From: Nitrosopumilaceae archaeon
GTDB lineage: Archaea; Thermoproteota; Nitrososphaeria; Nitrososphaerales; Nitrosopumilaceae
NCBI GenBank assembly: GCA_965200155.1
Contig: CBDATR010000034.1
Location: forward strand, 1-64,000
Length of the DNA: 64,000 bases
Direction: 5' to 3'
Every line of letters begins with the position of its first letter. Within the stretch, counting starts at the first letter, position 1. Shown here piece after piece: positions 42,199 through 52,798 of the stretch. A model generated the notes under the pieces. It had not been told where the DNA came from, searched no databases, and worked only from the letters and a program-made list of their open reading frames with translations. A program made the translations under genes and the position numbers.

Positions 42199-43113
42199 CT
42201 AAAGTGCCATTCTCATCATTGTAGATAGGTCTCGCTGTTTCATAAAGGCAGGATCCATGTTGTTTACGTTTATTTTTTGAGATACGCGATTCATCAAGCA
42301 GACGCCAAGTTTGTAGGAAATGGTCCACAGAATACTGTCGGGTTTGGCATTGTATGTATGTAGAAGAAAGCGCAACAACCATGCGGCTTGGGGATAATTA
42401 TTGTTGATATACTTCTCTAGGTACTCGGTAGAGTTTCGTATCTTGTATCGTAGATGCTCCAGTGTCTCCTGTGGGCTAGCATACTCGGACTTGTCTATTG
42501 TAATACGACCCTGCTTCATGGAAAGTAGCACGTCATCTAGGTTGTTGTTTGCGTCAATGGAATTGATACAACGACCCACTGTGGATAATACATGGGAGTC
42601 ACTCCCTGCAACTCCTGTCATGCCGTGAGATCTCGCAAACTCCGCGGCGCGCATATTCGATATTACATCCACATTGTTGCTGTTAAACACTTCAATGATA
42701 TCGCAGTGTTTGGCATCATCGCGTAGGGCATCTAACACACTAAATGGATGCGGCGCTGATGATACTGCATCCTGATCCCGGATCATATCTAGTACCACAT
42801 GTAGTGGCAAGTTGGCCGGTATCTCTTGGTATATGCCATATGCTAGCACATGGGCTCCAGCATCTGTGGTTACCTCTTCTGCAGGGTAAACCTGTATTTT
42901 GTGAAACTTTGGATGATCGTCTCTATATTGCAATATGTGTCTGTATCCTGATAATGTATTGTGATTGGTTACAAATATTGCATCCAGACCCCTGATGCGG
43001 GCCTGTTCTAGCTGAGAACGCACAGATATCCCACAGTCATATGGCGGCTCCTCTGCCCCAACATGAAAATTGGAATATACATTATGGCAATGAAGCTCGG
43101 TCCTTATACTCAA
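42199..43113 (-). CDS. PHP-domain metal-dependent phosphoesterase
   Basis: LHCH, TNHN, HPF, GSDSH. Confidence 0.88.
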   Translation of the reverse strand: MSIRTELHCHNVYSNFHVGAEEPPYDCGISVRSQLEQARIRGLDAIFVTNHNTLSGYRHILQYRDDHPKFHKIQVYPAEEVTTDAGAHVLAYGIYQEIPANLPLHVVLDMIRDQDAVSSAPHPFSVLDALRDDAKHCDIIEVFNSNNVDVISNMRAAEFARSHGMTGVAGSDSHVLSTVGRCINSIDANNNLDDVLLSMKQGRITIDKSEYASPQETLEHLRYKIRNSTEYLEKYINNNYPQAAWLLRFLLHTYNAKPDSILWTISYKLGVCLMNRVSQKINVNNMDPAFMKQRDLSTMMRMAL

Positions 43114-43240
43114 TATCGGTTCATTGCGCGTATTCGTTATAATACTATGTTGGTGTAACAGTTTTGACTTGAAACGTCATTACAAAATCTGGGCGTTATG
43201 GCATCATACTCTATAGTATTTCCATTCACATATGTAATGC

Positions 43241-43804
43241 TCACTCATTCTGCTTTATGATTACATCATTCTGCTTGGTGTGGTGACTTGCATAGCCTAT
43301 GATGGTGTCATTTTGTTTAAGTATGATCTGGCCCTGCTTATCGATAGCGCTATTCTGCTTGGTGTGATGGTTTGCACAGTCTATGAGTATGTGATTCTGC
43401 TTGATCATAGTCTCCCCTTGGTCTATTATTGTACTTGTGTTCCTGGCAATTGTCTTTACATCCTTTGCCATGTCCATCATTACTGCTGTACTGACTCTCA
43501 TCATACTGAGTATCTCTAGTTGAACATCTTCGGGTACTATCTCAAATGTAGAATATTCACCGGTGGCATAGGTATATTCAATTTCTATGCCACTTAATTC
43601 CATGATGCCTTCTAGGTTGCGTATATGGCCCATGAGCAATTCTATATCCTGACGCTCACCCTCGCATATGATATTCACAGAACCATTATCGTATTTTTTC
43701 ATTATACCGGTTACGCCAATGTGATTTGATGCCTGTTTTATCAAATGCTGGAACCCTACGTCTTGGACTTTGCCACAAACTCGTATGATTCCCCTTTCTT
43801 TCAT
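43241..43804 (-). CDS. Acylphosphatase-domain protein with a repetitive coiled-coil tail
   Basis: GKVQDVGF..G.V.IICEG; tail (HHT)KQN heptads. Confidence 0.8.
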   Translation of the reverse strand: MKERGIIRVCGKVQDVGFQHLIKQASNHIGVTGIMKKYDNGSVNIICEGERQDIELLMGHIRNLEGIMELSGIEIEYTYATGEYSTFEIVPEDVQLEILSMMRVSTAVMMDMAKDVKTIARNTSTIIDQGETMIKQNHILIDCANHHTKQNSAIDKQGQIILKQNDTIIGYASHHTKQNDVIIKQNE

Positions 43805-43851
43805 GATGGTATGATTGGTGCCTTGACTGTTTTAAAAATTATGTATGCCCG

Positions 43852-43935
43852 CATAGCAATTACCAAAAGTCTTTGGTAACAAATTCTACATTTGCATATT
43901 TGGCCCGTCTTGTATATTGCAGGCTTTTTGGAGTA
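43852..43935. mobile_element. CCATAAGTC-family MITE, right end hit by IS481 type B
   Basis: CCAAAAGTCTTTGGTAACAAAT...GGCTTTTTGG. Confidence 0.65.
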
Positions 43936-46134
43936 TGTATTATACGAAAATCATGTCGCTTAGTCATTGGCACCACGCTCCATCCATTTTGGGTCACTCT
44001 TCCTGATTGACTGGGAGTTTGTTGCATAACTGACTTTGACAGAATACGGATTCCCCCATGTCGTAATCTACGTTACTGCCGCGTCCGCCCACTCGTTGCA
44101 CTCGTATGTTATCCCATTTCCGCGCCATTAATCCGTGCCCGAATAATCGTTTGAACGGGAACCGGCTCTATGATTATCTCGATTATCCATCGCCTGTTGT
44201 ACCCTTTTGCCGCCTTCCAGTACTGCTTGTTTTCGGCCTTTTCCTCATCAGAAAGGCGGAAAATGGGCAATTCCGGGCTTCCTCCAAGACTGCAAGTCCC
44301 CATGAGTCGCCTTTCCTTTGGTGGAATTTAGCTGAAGTGGAATGGTTGTCCGGATTCGATTATTACTGCACAATTTCATGTTATCCCTGGACGCGTATGC
44401 GCCATCTGCAAGCAACTCGAGGTTGCATGCGCGCTTGTCATCATTATTCGGCAAGGGGGACACACCGTTAGTCAGCGCCTTTCCGGGTTGTGGCTTATCT
44501 GTTGGTCCTGCCAGAGATGGCAACTGTTGCAATGGGTCCGGAACTTTCCAATTCCAGGGTGTGCTCCCTGTCCAGTTGTGGCTCTTCTGCATACGAGTCC
44601 AGTACTGCATTGTTTAACATGTGTGTATCCCCAACCCACTAGCCGGTAACCGTAAATGCATATGCTCTCCCAGTCCGCGAGCATTGATGAATCCGCGCCT
44701 CTTTTTCCATTTGGCCCTAATCCACTCACCGCGATTCAAGGCCGGGCGAGTCCACAATCATGGTTCTAGTCAGCTTTTTGTCTGTGCCGACAATCACGCC
44801 ATTCCCCTTGTCCATGCCAATCTCTTCTGCGTCTGTATATTGTGGAGTAGTGCGGGGTTTGGTGTCCTTCCAGTAGTCCTGCAAGGAATTCGGATACCTG
44901 CCTGTATCTCATACCTAATGCCGTTCTCAGTGTCATGTAACATGCCCACGGCATACTGGTAGGGAGCACCCTCCTTGTTATGGTTAGCCTTTTCAATCCC
45001 ATGCATGGTTAAAGCCAAATAGCCTTACGCTGGACGTACTTGGCATTGTCGGTGAATACCATCAAGTTTGTTTAAAAAATCTGATATTAATGCTTGGATC
45101 CAAGTTAGTAATCACTATGACAGAATAAACGAAAATACTCAAACCGTTTCTCACATACATTTTTAATCTAACTTGTTTGGAGTTATGCAGCAAACTATTG
45201 ACTGTGTATCTCTTTTGTTGTGAAACGCCTTGAGCGGAGTCTCCAGGTTATCAATGTCAAGGGACCAGTACAGTCTGCGCTCATTACAATACTCGATGTA
45301 CTTGGACATGCCACCATAGTATTCCATACCTTCCTCAAGACTCCTGAAGAACCGCTCCAGCTTACCATTAGTCTGTGGTATTGAGTTTATCATGGGGATT
45401 CCAAGATCAATGAGAGCCGCCTCAAAGACTGTAGGCTTCCAGGTACCTTTTCGGTTTCTCTCTTTTACGTGTCATTGGGCCTACAAAGCATGAACCGTTA
45501 TCGGATAGTATGGTGGCAGGGTGACCAAACATACTGATTGCATCATGCAGAGCCAGGACCGAGTTCTGAGGTGACATGCTAGAATAGTCTGGCCGTAACA
45601 ACGCATCGTGAGGCGTCATCCAGGTATACTACAAGGTTTCATTCCTGCCCATTTTTTGCTCTTCATGATGTGCAAGTCCACGTGCCACATGGCGTTTGAG
45701 CACATTCTCTCAAAACTAACCCATTTGCGCCGTCCCTTCCGTGTCGGCGGTGCCATTAAATCATGGTCTTTCATGATTTTGTACACTGTATTGTATTTGG
45801 GTGATGCGGAGTACCTTTGCTGTTTGTAACACTCCTACTGGATCATTCTTGCACTGGCGCAGTACCACATCAATTGTATCTGAGTCGGGTTTTGGATTGG
45901 ACGGCCTGGTTCTGATTGTGCGTGTATATTGTACCGGCATTACGATACTCTGCATACAGGCGCTGAATATGTCTCTGTGAGACCTTCGTACTTGCTGTAA
46001 TGTTCCTGCTTGACTCTCCTTTCTTGCAGAGCCGTTACTCATCTGTAAGTTTCCTTGAAACTCGCGTTGAATGATGAATCATAATCCTTTGCAAGGACCT
46101 TAAAATTAGTGCGACCTAATTTTTGTATAATACA
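43936..46134 (-). mobile_element. IS481-family type B element (degenerate) with a 16-bp TSD
   Basis: TIR TGTATTATACRAAAAT. Flanks CAGGCTTTTTGGAGTA / CAGACTTTTTGGAGTA. ILSDNGSCF, PQTNGKLERFF. Confidence 0.85.
44014..45196 (-). mobile_element. IS5-family IS903-like element (degenerate) nested in IS481 type B
   Basis: TIR GGAGTTTGTTGCATAACT; TSD ATTGACTG. PHYSTIYRR, ADGAY, GYNRRW. Confidence 0.85.
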
Positions 46135-46291
46135 CAGACTTTTTGGAGTATGTCATATGCTTGCACTTAGGCACAACAGAATCGCGACGATTGGCACAAT
46201 TCGTGTATGGATCTGAAATATGTGTGGACTGAGTGCTAAATGTGCCTCAATTATGCGTGTTAATTATATACGCATGTGGCATACATATGAC

Positions 46292-47308
46292 ATGTGGATT
46301 TTACTGGCGGTAATAGCATGCATGGGATTGCTGGTTCCTACTTATGCAATGGCACAAACGTATGACACCCCGTCATCACTGGTTGTGGTTTTGCCTAACC
46401 CCTCATACCTATATGTGGACTCTGATGGATATGCCACCGTAACTGGCATTGTAGAGAACAACTCGGATCACTCATACATCGGAAACGTACAGGTGCTTAC
46501 TCGATTTTATGATAACGCCAATGAGGAGCCACTAGCCGTCAATGTATCTTCCATCAGCTTGGATGTACTGCCACCCAAGTCATCATCCCCCTTTGTAATA
46601 AAATCGCCCTCCCCTGACTTTAGTTATGTTTGGGCTATCTCATCACTACAATTCTTTGATTCCACAAACCCCAAACTGACCGGTCTGGAGATGAATCACA
46701 TACAGTATGATAATGGTATCATAACACTCAACGTGACCGACAGTATTGAGGCCCCGCACACAAATGTTCGTATGTATGTTGCATATCATGATACATTTGA
46801 TCCCCCACGCATACTCTCAGTGAGTGAGCATAATCTGGGTGATCTGGAGGCGGGCCATACACTAAGCGTAGACATACAAGATGCCATTCCATATGGGACT
46901 GGTGGGTTTATGATATTTGCCGAGTCTGATTTTTTCAGTAGCAATATGAAGAGTGACCGAATACCGACATCCACAACCCTTCTGGAACCTCTTTTGCCGC
47001 CCCACATTGCTAATATTTGGGTGGGAAATGTTACCCATCCTGTAACCGTACTGACGGCGGACCAGGAGGCTAGCATCAACGCAGATGTCCGGCCCGGGAG
47101 AGGGGAATATCATCTAAATTTCCAAGTAACCCGTGAGGGGGGTGGAATTGTATTTTTGGGCGGCGCGAACATAACAAGTACTACCGGTATAGTATCTGCT
47201 AATTATACACCAATCGAGTCTGGACAGTATGTTGTGGAGTCGTTTGTTTGGGGAGGACCAAGTCCGGTAGCCAGGCCGGGGCCGACCATGTTATTTACGG
47301 TGGAGTAA
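46292..47308 (+). CDS. Secreted protein with an FxLYD-like domain
   Basis: Signal peptide; VTGIVENNS...TRFYD. Confidence 0.7.
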   Translation: MWILLAVIACMGLLVPTYAMAQTYDTPSSLVVVLPNPSYLYVDSDGYATVTGIVENNSDHSYIGNVQVLTRFYDNANEEPLAVNVSSISLDVLPPKSSSPFVIKSPSPDFSYVWAISSLQFFDSTNPKLTGLEMNHIQYDNGIITLNVTDSIEAPHTNVRMYVAYHDTFDPPRILSVSEHNLGDLEAGHTLSVDIQDAIPYGTGGFMIFAESDFFSSNMKSDRIPTSTTLLEPLLPPHIANIWVGNVTHPVTVLTADQEASINADVRPGRGEYHLNFQVTREGGGIVFLGGANITSTTGIVSANYTPIESGQYVVESFVWGGPSPVARPGPTMLFTVE

Positions 47309-47767
47309 TTGGGTACAATTGCTGCCACCGGTGGCACTTTTGACATACTACATCGTGGTCATCATGCTTTGCTGGCCGCGGCACTTGAGAAGTATGATCA
47401 TACCATAATAGGATTGGTCACAGACGATTTTGCTATACAATTGGGGAAAAAACCGCTTTACAAATACAAACAACGACTAATCTCCATGCACCGTCTACTA
47501 CAACATGAATTTCCAGGTAGAAGCTACGAGATTACACCACTGAAAAGCGAATTTGGACCTGCTGTCTTGCGCGGTGACATTGATGCGCTGGTGGCGAGTG
47601 ATGAGACCTACAAAAGTGGAGACACCCTGAACAAGATGAGGGCGCGTCGTGGATTAAAACCGGTAGATGTAGTGGTGGTGCATATGGTGCCCGGGTGTGA
47701 CGGCATTCCTATCTCAACGACGCGTATACGCAATGATATCATAGACCGAGAAGGCAATACACTATGA
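47309..47767 (+). CDS. coaD: Phosphopantetheine adenylyltransferase (archaeal)
   Basis: GGTFDILHRGH, FGP, SDET, ISTTRIR. Confidence 0.92.
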   Translation: MGTIAATGGTFDILHRGHHALLAAALEKYDHTIIGLVTDDFAIQLGKKPLYKYKQRLISMHRLLQHEFPGRSYEITPLKSEFGPAVLRGDIDALVASDETYKSGDTLNKMRARRGLKPVDVVVVHMVPGCDGIPISTTRIRNDIIDREGNTL

Positions 47768-47822
47768 ATTCATACAACTATTGTTGGAATCAACACTGTG
47801 TGCTTAAATAAAAAAAACGGAA

Positions 47823-49586
47823 ATGCTTGCAATGGAAAAAAAGACGACATTCGTACTCATGCTGTCGCTCGTAGCGGCAGCTGGAATTACAGTATCTGAC
47901 GTATACGCACAGACAAACACCGAGAGACTGGAGAGTATAGATGACCGAACCCAGGAAATATCCGATACCATTGGTAACTCATCTGATGAAACCGGACTAT
48001 TTGGCGCGCTTGCAAACGTGGCTTCTGATATAGCCGATGCACTTACCGCCATAGCTGGTGTACAAACATCTGTTGACTCAGTCGATGCCAAGATAGACTC
48101 CATGATGTCCAACTTTGATAGTATAGCAACCATAAGCTCAAACATAAACACCATGAGAGGTACCCTGAACTCAGTAAGTAGCACCGTATCCTCAATAGAC
48201 TCGAGCATATCATTGATAGACAGCACAATCACTGCTAACAGTGATGCAGTAAATTCAATGAGATCTGATGTATCCTCATTAACAACTAGCACCATGATGT
48301 TGACCGATGCTGTTTCAGACAATGCTGCCTCACTGCAAGACATACAAAATGATCTTGCACTACTCAACAAGAGAATAATGGGAGTGGAAGACACCATCTC
48401 ACAGCAACAGCTGGGCGCAACCGGTGATGTGGCAGTCAGCGTCGCCGCGAGCAATGCACGACTGGACGCCCTGGACACTGTACTGAAGCAGATACAGGAT
48501 AATCTTATAACATTGCGTGCCGATGTCTCGGTATTATCTTCACAAATAACCAACCCTGATGATCCGACCACAATTATCGATGCTACCACCAGTGCCCTTG
48601 TAACTGCATATGATTACAAGACGTACGACAAGAATGGAACCACAATCAACGGTAACACGTTCCACGAGCTGGAACTGAGATTCTCCTGTAACCAGGATGC
48701 ATTCATAGATCAGGTTAGATTCATTGCGGCCTCCCATGAGGACGCTCTTGATTATGTAAGAGGGAATAATCTTGAGAAATTCGATATAGAAGAGTCTACT
48801 CCGAACAACTTTGTAAGAGTGGATGGCATAGACCTGTTCAACAACAAGGTTCTCGTAAACCAATCTACAGATCAGTATGTGAAGATTGAGCGAGCCCATA
48901 ATTACAACAACAAACCATTGCTAGCTGGCAGTACCTTGCCATTCACATCCCAAATACACGAGGGCCTCTTTGTTTTAAGAGAAAACGGAGAACTGGGGCC
49001 ATTAATACAGTCAGGTAGTAAGCAACCTTACGTCTCTGTTGCTTCTAACACTACCATGATAGCAGACTCTGAACGAAACACCCGTGACAATGACAAGCTG
49101 GAAAGAGACCTATACTACATTGAGGTCGACTGGATCACATACTATACCGGCACCAGCTGTACGGTAGGTGTTGGAACTAGCGGCTCCTTGCCTAACGCGG
49201 ACGCCGCGGGCACACTCCAGTATAGCGTAAATGTCACTAATGATGGCAAAGTAATAAACGAGTATTCCAATGTTATGGACTGTGGTGGTAACCCGGTAGA
49301 GATAACCGGTGTCAGTACCGCCATTGCCGGATCATGGGAAGATGGACTGGACAAGTTTGCCACCATGAACATGGAGGTTCTGGATAACCGCAACGACGAC
49401 ATACCTGATGTAATATTCCAGCTAATGCAGAATGATGAGGCGACAATAAAAGACGGTGAATACCCGATATATGCTAATGCAGATCTTCAGATAAGCGGCA
49501 GCTTCCCGATAGTTGATAACCTGCTTGTAGAGATAGAGTACCTAAGTGTTCCTAACGCAGGATGTACGATTGTAGACTCCCAATAA
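47823..49586 (+). CDS. Secreted coiled-coil protein, copy 2
   Basis: Protein identical to 35128-36891 except one M/I change. Confidence 0.85.
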   Translation: MLAMEKKTTFVLMLSLVAAAGITVSDVYAQTNTERLESIDDRTQEISDTIGNSSDETGLFGALANVASDIADALTAIAGVQTSVDSVDAKIDSMMSNFDSIATISSNINTMRGTLNSVSSTVSSIDSSISLIDSTITANSDAVNSMRSDVSSLTTSTMMLTDAVSDNAASLQDIQNDLALLNKRIMGVEDTISQQQLGATGDVAVSVAASNARLDALDTVLKQIQDNLITLRADVSVLSSQITNPDDPTTIIDATTSALVTAYDYKTYDKNGTTINGNTFHELELRFSCNQDAFIDQVRFIAASHEDALDYVRGNNLEKFDIEESTPNNFVRVDGIDLFNNKVLVNQSTDQYVKIERAHNYNNKPLLAGSTLPFTSQIHEGLFVLRENGELGPLIQSGSKQPYVSVASNTTMIADSERNTRDNDKLERDLYYIEVDWITYYTGTSCTVGVGTSGSLPNADAAGTLQYSVNVTNDGKVINEYSNVMDCGGNPVEITGVSTAIAGSWEDGLDKFATMNMEVLDNRNDDIPDVIFQLMQNDEATIKDGEYPIYANADLQISGSFPIVDNLLVEIEYLSVPNAGCTIVDSQ

Positions 49587-49691
49587 CTAGATAATTTTTA
49601 CATATATTTTACATTTCATCATTGACCGCCTGTATATTGATCCCTGCAATACAGCAAAGTGGTTATAACATTTTTCTGAGTACTTCGTATC

Positions 49692-50009
49692 ATGGGAATG
49701 CTGGATGTGATAAATGAGCGCGTACTCCGACTACAGGAGGGCATACAGCCAGCATCATTACTGTACTGGCATAACCGTGTAGTGCGGGACGCCCAGGAAC
49801 TGGCACCGCCCTGGCTGGAAGGACTGATAAAGGTGAGACAGGATGAGCATCTGCCCATGAAGTTTAACCTGGATATATCGAGGCGCGCCACCAAATATTA
49901 CATGATGGCCATAGACAAGAACATGCCATTCATGCCACACTCTACCAGGCTATACTTTCTGAGAGTCTGCGAGGTCCTGACCGAGAGCATGGATAGTTCA
50001 TTGGTCTAG
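49692..50009 (+). CDS. Hypothetical protein
   Basis: 105-aa ORF with host-like codon usage, TATA-like upstream. Confidence 0.7.
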   Translation: MGMLDVINERVLRLQEGIQPASLLYWHNRVVRDAQELAPPWLEGLIKVRQDEHLPMKFNLDISRRATKYYMMAIDKNMPFMPHSTRLYFLRVCEVLTESMDSSLV

Positions 50010-50011
50010 TC

Positions 50012-50302
50012 TCATGCCTTACTGATATACACAACATCTTGCTCTATAATGTCCGCTTGGGTAATCCTCTTGTCACCTTCCAGTACATCCTGCAGGTACC
50101 CCGCCAGGGCTTCTGCCTCGCTCCCGTCATGTAATACCAGGCTGTGCGCAGACTTGTCCTGCAGCATCACTATCATCTCGTTGTCAATTATATCCAGCAC
50201 TGATGTAATATACGTCTGGAGGCTCTTTTTGATCAGTATCATGCTGGCCAGCTTCTGGGCCTCGTACTTATCGGCGCAGCGCACCCTTATGCTCGCTCTC
50301 AT
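50012..50302 (-). CDS. Hypothetical protein overlapping the trpS 3' end
   Basis: 96-aa ORF, operon-like position. Confidence 0.7.
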   Translation of the reverse strand: MRASIRVRCADKYEAQKLASMILIKKSLQTYITSVLDIIDNEMIVMLQDKSAHSLVLHDGSEAEALAGYLQDVLEGDKRITQADIIEQDVVYISKA

Positions 50303-51401
50303 TGTATAGAAACTCCCCCAAATTTACGGCATCCCGGCGGCGCTGATGCTCCTCCATGTATGATGTGGCCTTCTCTATGAGTATCTGTTTTAGCTCTCCA
50401 CTTAGCATGGAACCGGATTCGTACTGCTCCTTTATGCGGGAAAGCCGGGTATCGTCCGGCTCAAAGAATATGCGCAGATACTGGAACGGGACATCCACAC
50501 TTGTGTTGCCGCCCATCCTGCGATGCTGATCCGCATCGGCCTGCCCACCGGAGTATGCATAACGGTTTATCTTCTTTTTTATCTGGGCAGGTGTATCTGT
50601 TGTGTATATGGCAGAGTTGGGATCGGACGCGGACATTTTGCCACCGGGACCACGAAGCCCCGGCGTCATTATATTATGTAATATAGCCGGTTTGGGTCGC
50701 TCGATTATGGGTGCCACATCCCTGGTCAGCCTAAAGTGCGGGTCCTGGTCTATCCCCATGGGTATGAGTACAGGTTTCTCTTCTAGAAAGCACGGTGCAG
50801 ACTGCATGGCTGTATAAAATATCATTCCAATATTGGTAGAGTCATCGAATCCGAAGGTGGCCTTGGCGCTAGAATACGTTATATGTCCCGCTACCTGGGC
50901 GGCCAGCGGGTACAGTGTTCCTATGTGTTTTGTATCTATTATGATGTGTGTCTTGGCGGGATCAAAGCCCAATGCGGCAAAGTCCCGAGCATTCTCATAT
51001 GCAAGACTCCTTGTCTTTTCCAGGGACAGATTACCCCTGGAGTGATAGAATTTCTCATCATCTGTAAGCTGAAAGTACATGGTGACATTGAATCTCTCCT
51101 GAAGCCACCTTGCAAAGACCCAGGGGACAAGATGCCCAATGTGCGTACTTCCGGAGGGACCCCGTCCCGTATACAAAAAGAAGCCCCGTCCCTGCCGCTG
51201 TGACTCTAATATTACATCCAAATCCCGGTGGGAGAAGAATATTCCCCGGCGAATCATATGGTGGTCCTGGCCCGCCATGTTAATGAACCGCTTTAGCAGT
51301 TCATCATCCAGTAATTTGGTCCCGAACATGCTACTAAGTCTTTCATAGTCTATATCACCACGGGACTCCCAGGGGGTAACCACAAAATCCTCGTCCACCA
51401 T
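50268..51401 (-). CDS. trpS: Tryptophanyl-tRNA synthetase
   Basis: VTPW, YTGRGPS..HIGH, DQDPHFR, KMSAS. Confidence 0.97.
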   Translation of the reverse strand: MVDEDFVVTPWESRGDIDYERLSSMFGTKLLDDELLKRFINMAGQDHHMIRRGIFFSHRDLDVILESQRQGRGFFLYTGRGPSGSTHIGHLVPWVFARWLQERFNVTMYFQLTDDEKFYHSRGNLSLEKTRSLAYENARDFAALGFDPAKTHIIIDTKHIGTLYPLAAQVAGHITYSSAKATFGFDDSTNIGMIFYTAMQSAPCFLEEKPVLIPMGIDQDPHFRLTRDVAPIIERPKPAILHNIMTPGLRGPGGKMSASDPNSAIYTTDTPAQIKKKINRYAYSGGQADADQHRRMGGNTSVDVPFQYLRIFFEPDDTRLSRIKEQYESGSMLSGELKQILIEKATSYMEEHQRRRDAVNLGEFLYNESEHKGALRR

Positions 51402-51454
51402 AAAGCAAACCCTCCGCCAAGCTTTAAAAAAAGTATTCGCGATATTACACAGTA

Positions 51455-52798
51455 TTGTCCCGGGCCTTACACTGGATTGAGGACAGGATAGCAAGATCAA
51501 TGAAAAATGCCCAACCCGCGGATATCCACTCCATATCTAAAATGAGCGGCCTCACTATTGATCAGACCCGCCGGGGCATCGAATGGCTTCTTGGCAAGAA
51601 TATTCTGATAATGGATGGGGAACCCCGCAAGGTGGGGCGCTTGGGGCCCGCGGGCCTGGAAGCCGCGCGCCACGGACTGCCGGAGCGGCGATTCCTGGAC
51701 ATGCTTAAGGTTGGTACACCGGTACCAAAAATAAAAGAGGCGCTGGGCAGCGATTATGGCGCCGCCCTTGGCATTTGCGCAAAGAATCGCTGGATAAGCG
51801 TAAAATCCGGAATACCGAATATTCTGTCATACCCTGATACGATACCGGGCGAGGACGAGATTCAAACTGGCATGATAAGTGGTGATACCATACTGCAAAA
51901 GCGGCCTGGCTATGTAACATGGCATACCACTGCTGCCACATATTCGTTATCATCCTCATATGATACAATGACAATACGTACCGGCCTTGATGTGGAGGCG
52001 CCGGTCTCGGCTGTAACCATATCCCGGACGCACCCCCTGAATGATGTCATATCTAAGATACGGGAGGCCTTTGTTACGCTGGGATTCACCGAGATTCACG
52101 GCGACATGGTGCAATCGGGATTCTGGAATTTTGACGCACTATTCACGCCGCAGGATCATCCTGCCAGGGAGATGCAGGATACATTTTACCTGATTAATGA
52201 CATGGATATGGATGCCACGCATAAACAGGTGAAAAGTGTTGAAGATATGCATCGTACCGGCTGGAACTATGAATGGGATGAGGCACCAGCCCGGAAGGCC
52301 GTACTGCGTACTCATACTACGTGTGTTACCATACGACACCTGGCAAAGAATCATGATGGTGGCGACTCACGAGTATTCTCGGTGGGCCGGGTATTCCGGA
52401 ATGAAAAACCCAGCTACAAGCACTTGGTGGAGTTTAACCAGATAGAGGGGGTGGTTGCAGGATCCCGGGTCTCGTTGCGGGATCTCATGGGGATACAGAA
52501 ACGGTTCTATTCCATGATGGGAATCAAGAGAATAAAGTTCTGGCCCACGTTCTTTCCGTATACGGAGCCCTCATTGCAGTCCATGGTGTATAACGAGACC
52601 CTGGGCAAGTGGGTGGAGTTATTCGGCATGGGGATGTTCCGTCCAGAAGTGACACGACCCCTGGGGATACGTACACCGGTTCTGGCCTGGGGTGGGGGGA
52701 TAGAGCGCATGGCCATGTTACTATACATGATGGATGATGTGCGGGAGTTCTATGAGAATAGTATGGAATGGTTGAGGAGCCAGAAGAGATGCCGGTAG
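51455..52798 (+). CDS. pheS: Phenylalanyl-tRNA synthetase alpha subunit
   Basis: FWNFDALF.PQDHPAREMQDTF, LRTHTT, FPYTEPS. Confidence 0.97.
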   Translation: MSRALHWIEDRIARSMKNAQPADIHSISKMSGLTIDQTRRGIEWLLGKNILIMDGEPRKVGRLGPAGLEAARHGLPERRFLDMLKVGTPVPKIKEALGSDYGAALGICAKNRWISVKSGIPNILSYPDTIPGEDEIQTGMISGDTILQKRPGYVTWHTTAATYSLSSSYDTMTIRTGLDVEAPVSAVTISRTHPLNDVISKIREAFVTLGFTEIHGDMVQSGFWNFDALFTPQDHPAREMQDTFYLINDMDMDATHKQVKSVEDMHRTGWNYEWDEAPARKAVLRTHTTCVTIRHLAKNHDGGDSRVFSVGRVFRNEKPSYKHLVEFNQIEGVVAGSRVSLRDLMGIQKRFYSMMGIKRIKFWPTFFPYTEPSLQSMVYNETLGKWVELFGMGMFRPEVTRPLGIRTPVLAWGGGIERMAMLLYMMDDVREFYENSMEWLRSQKRCR

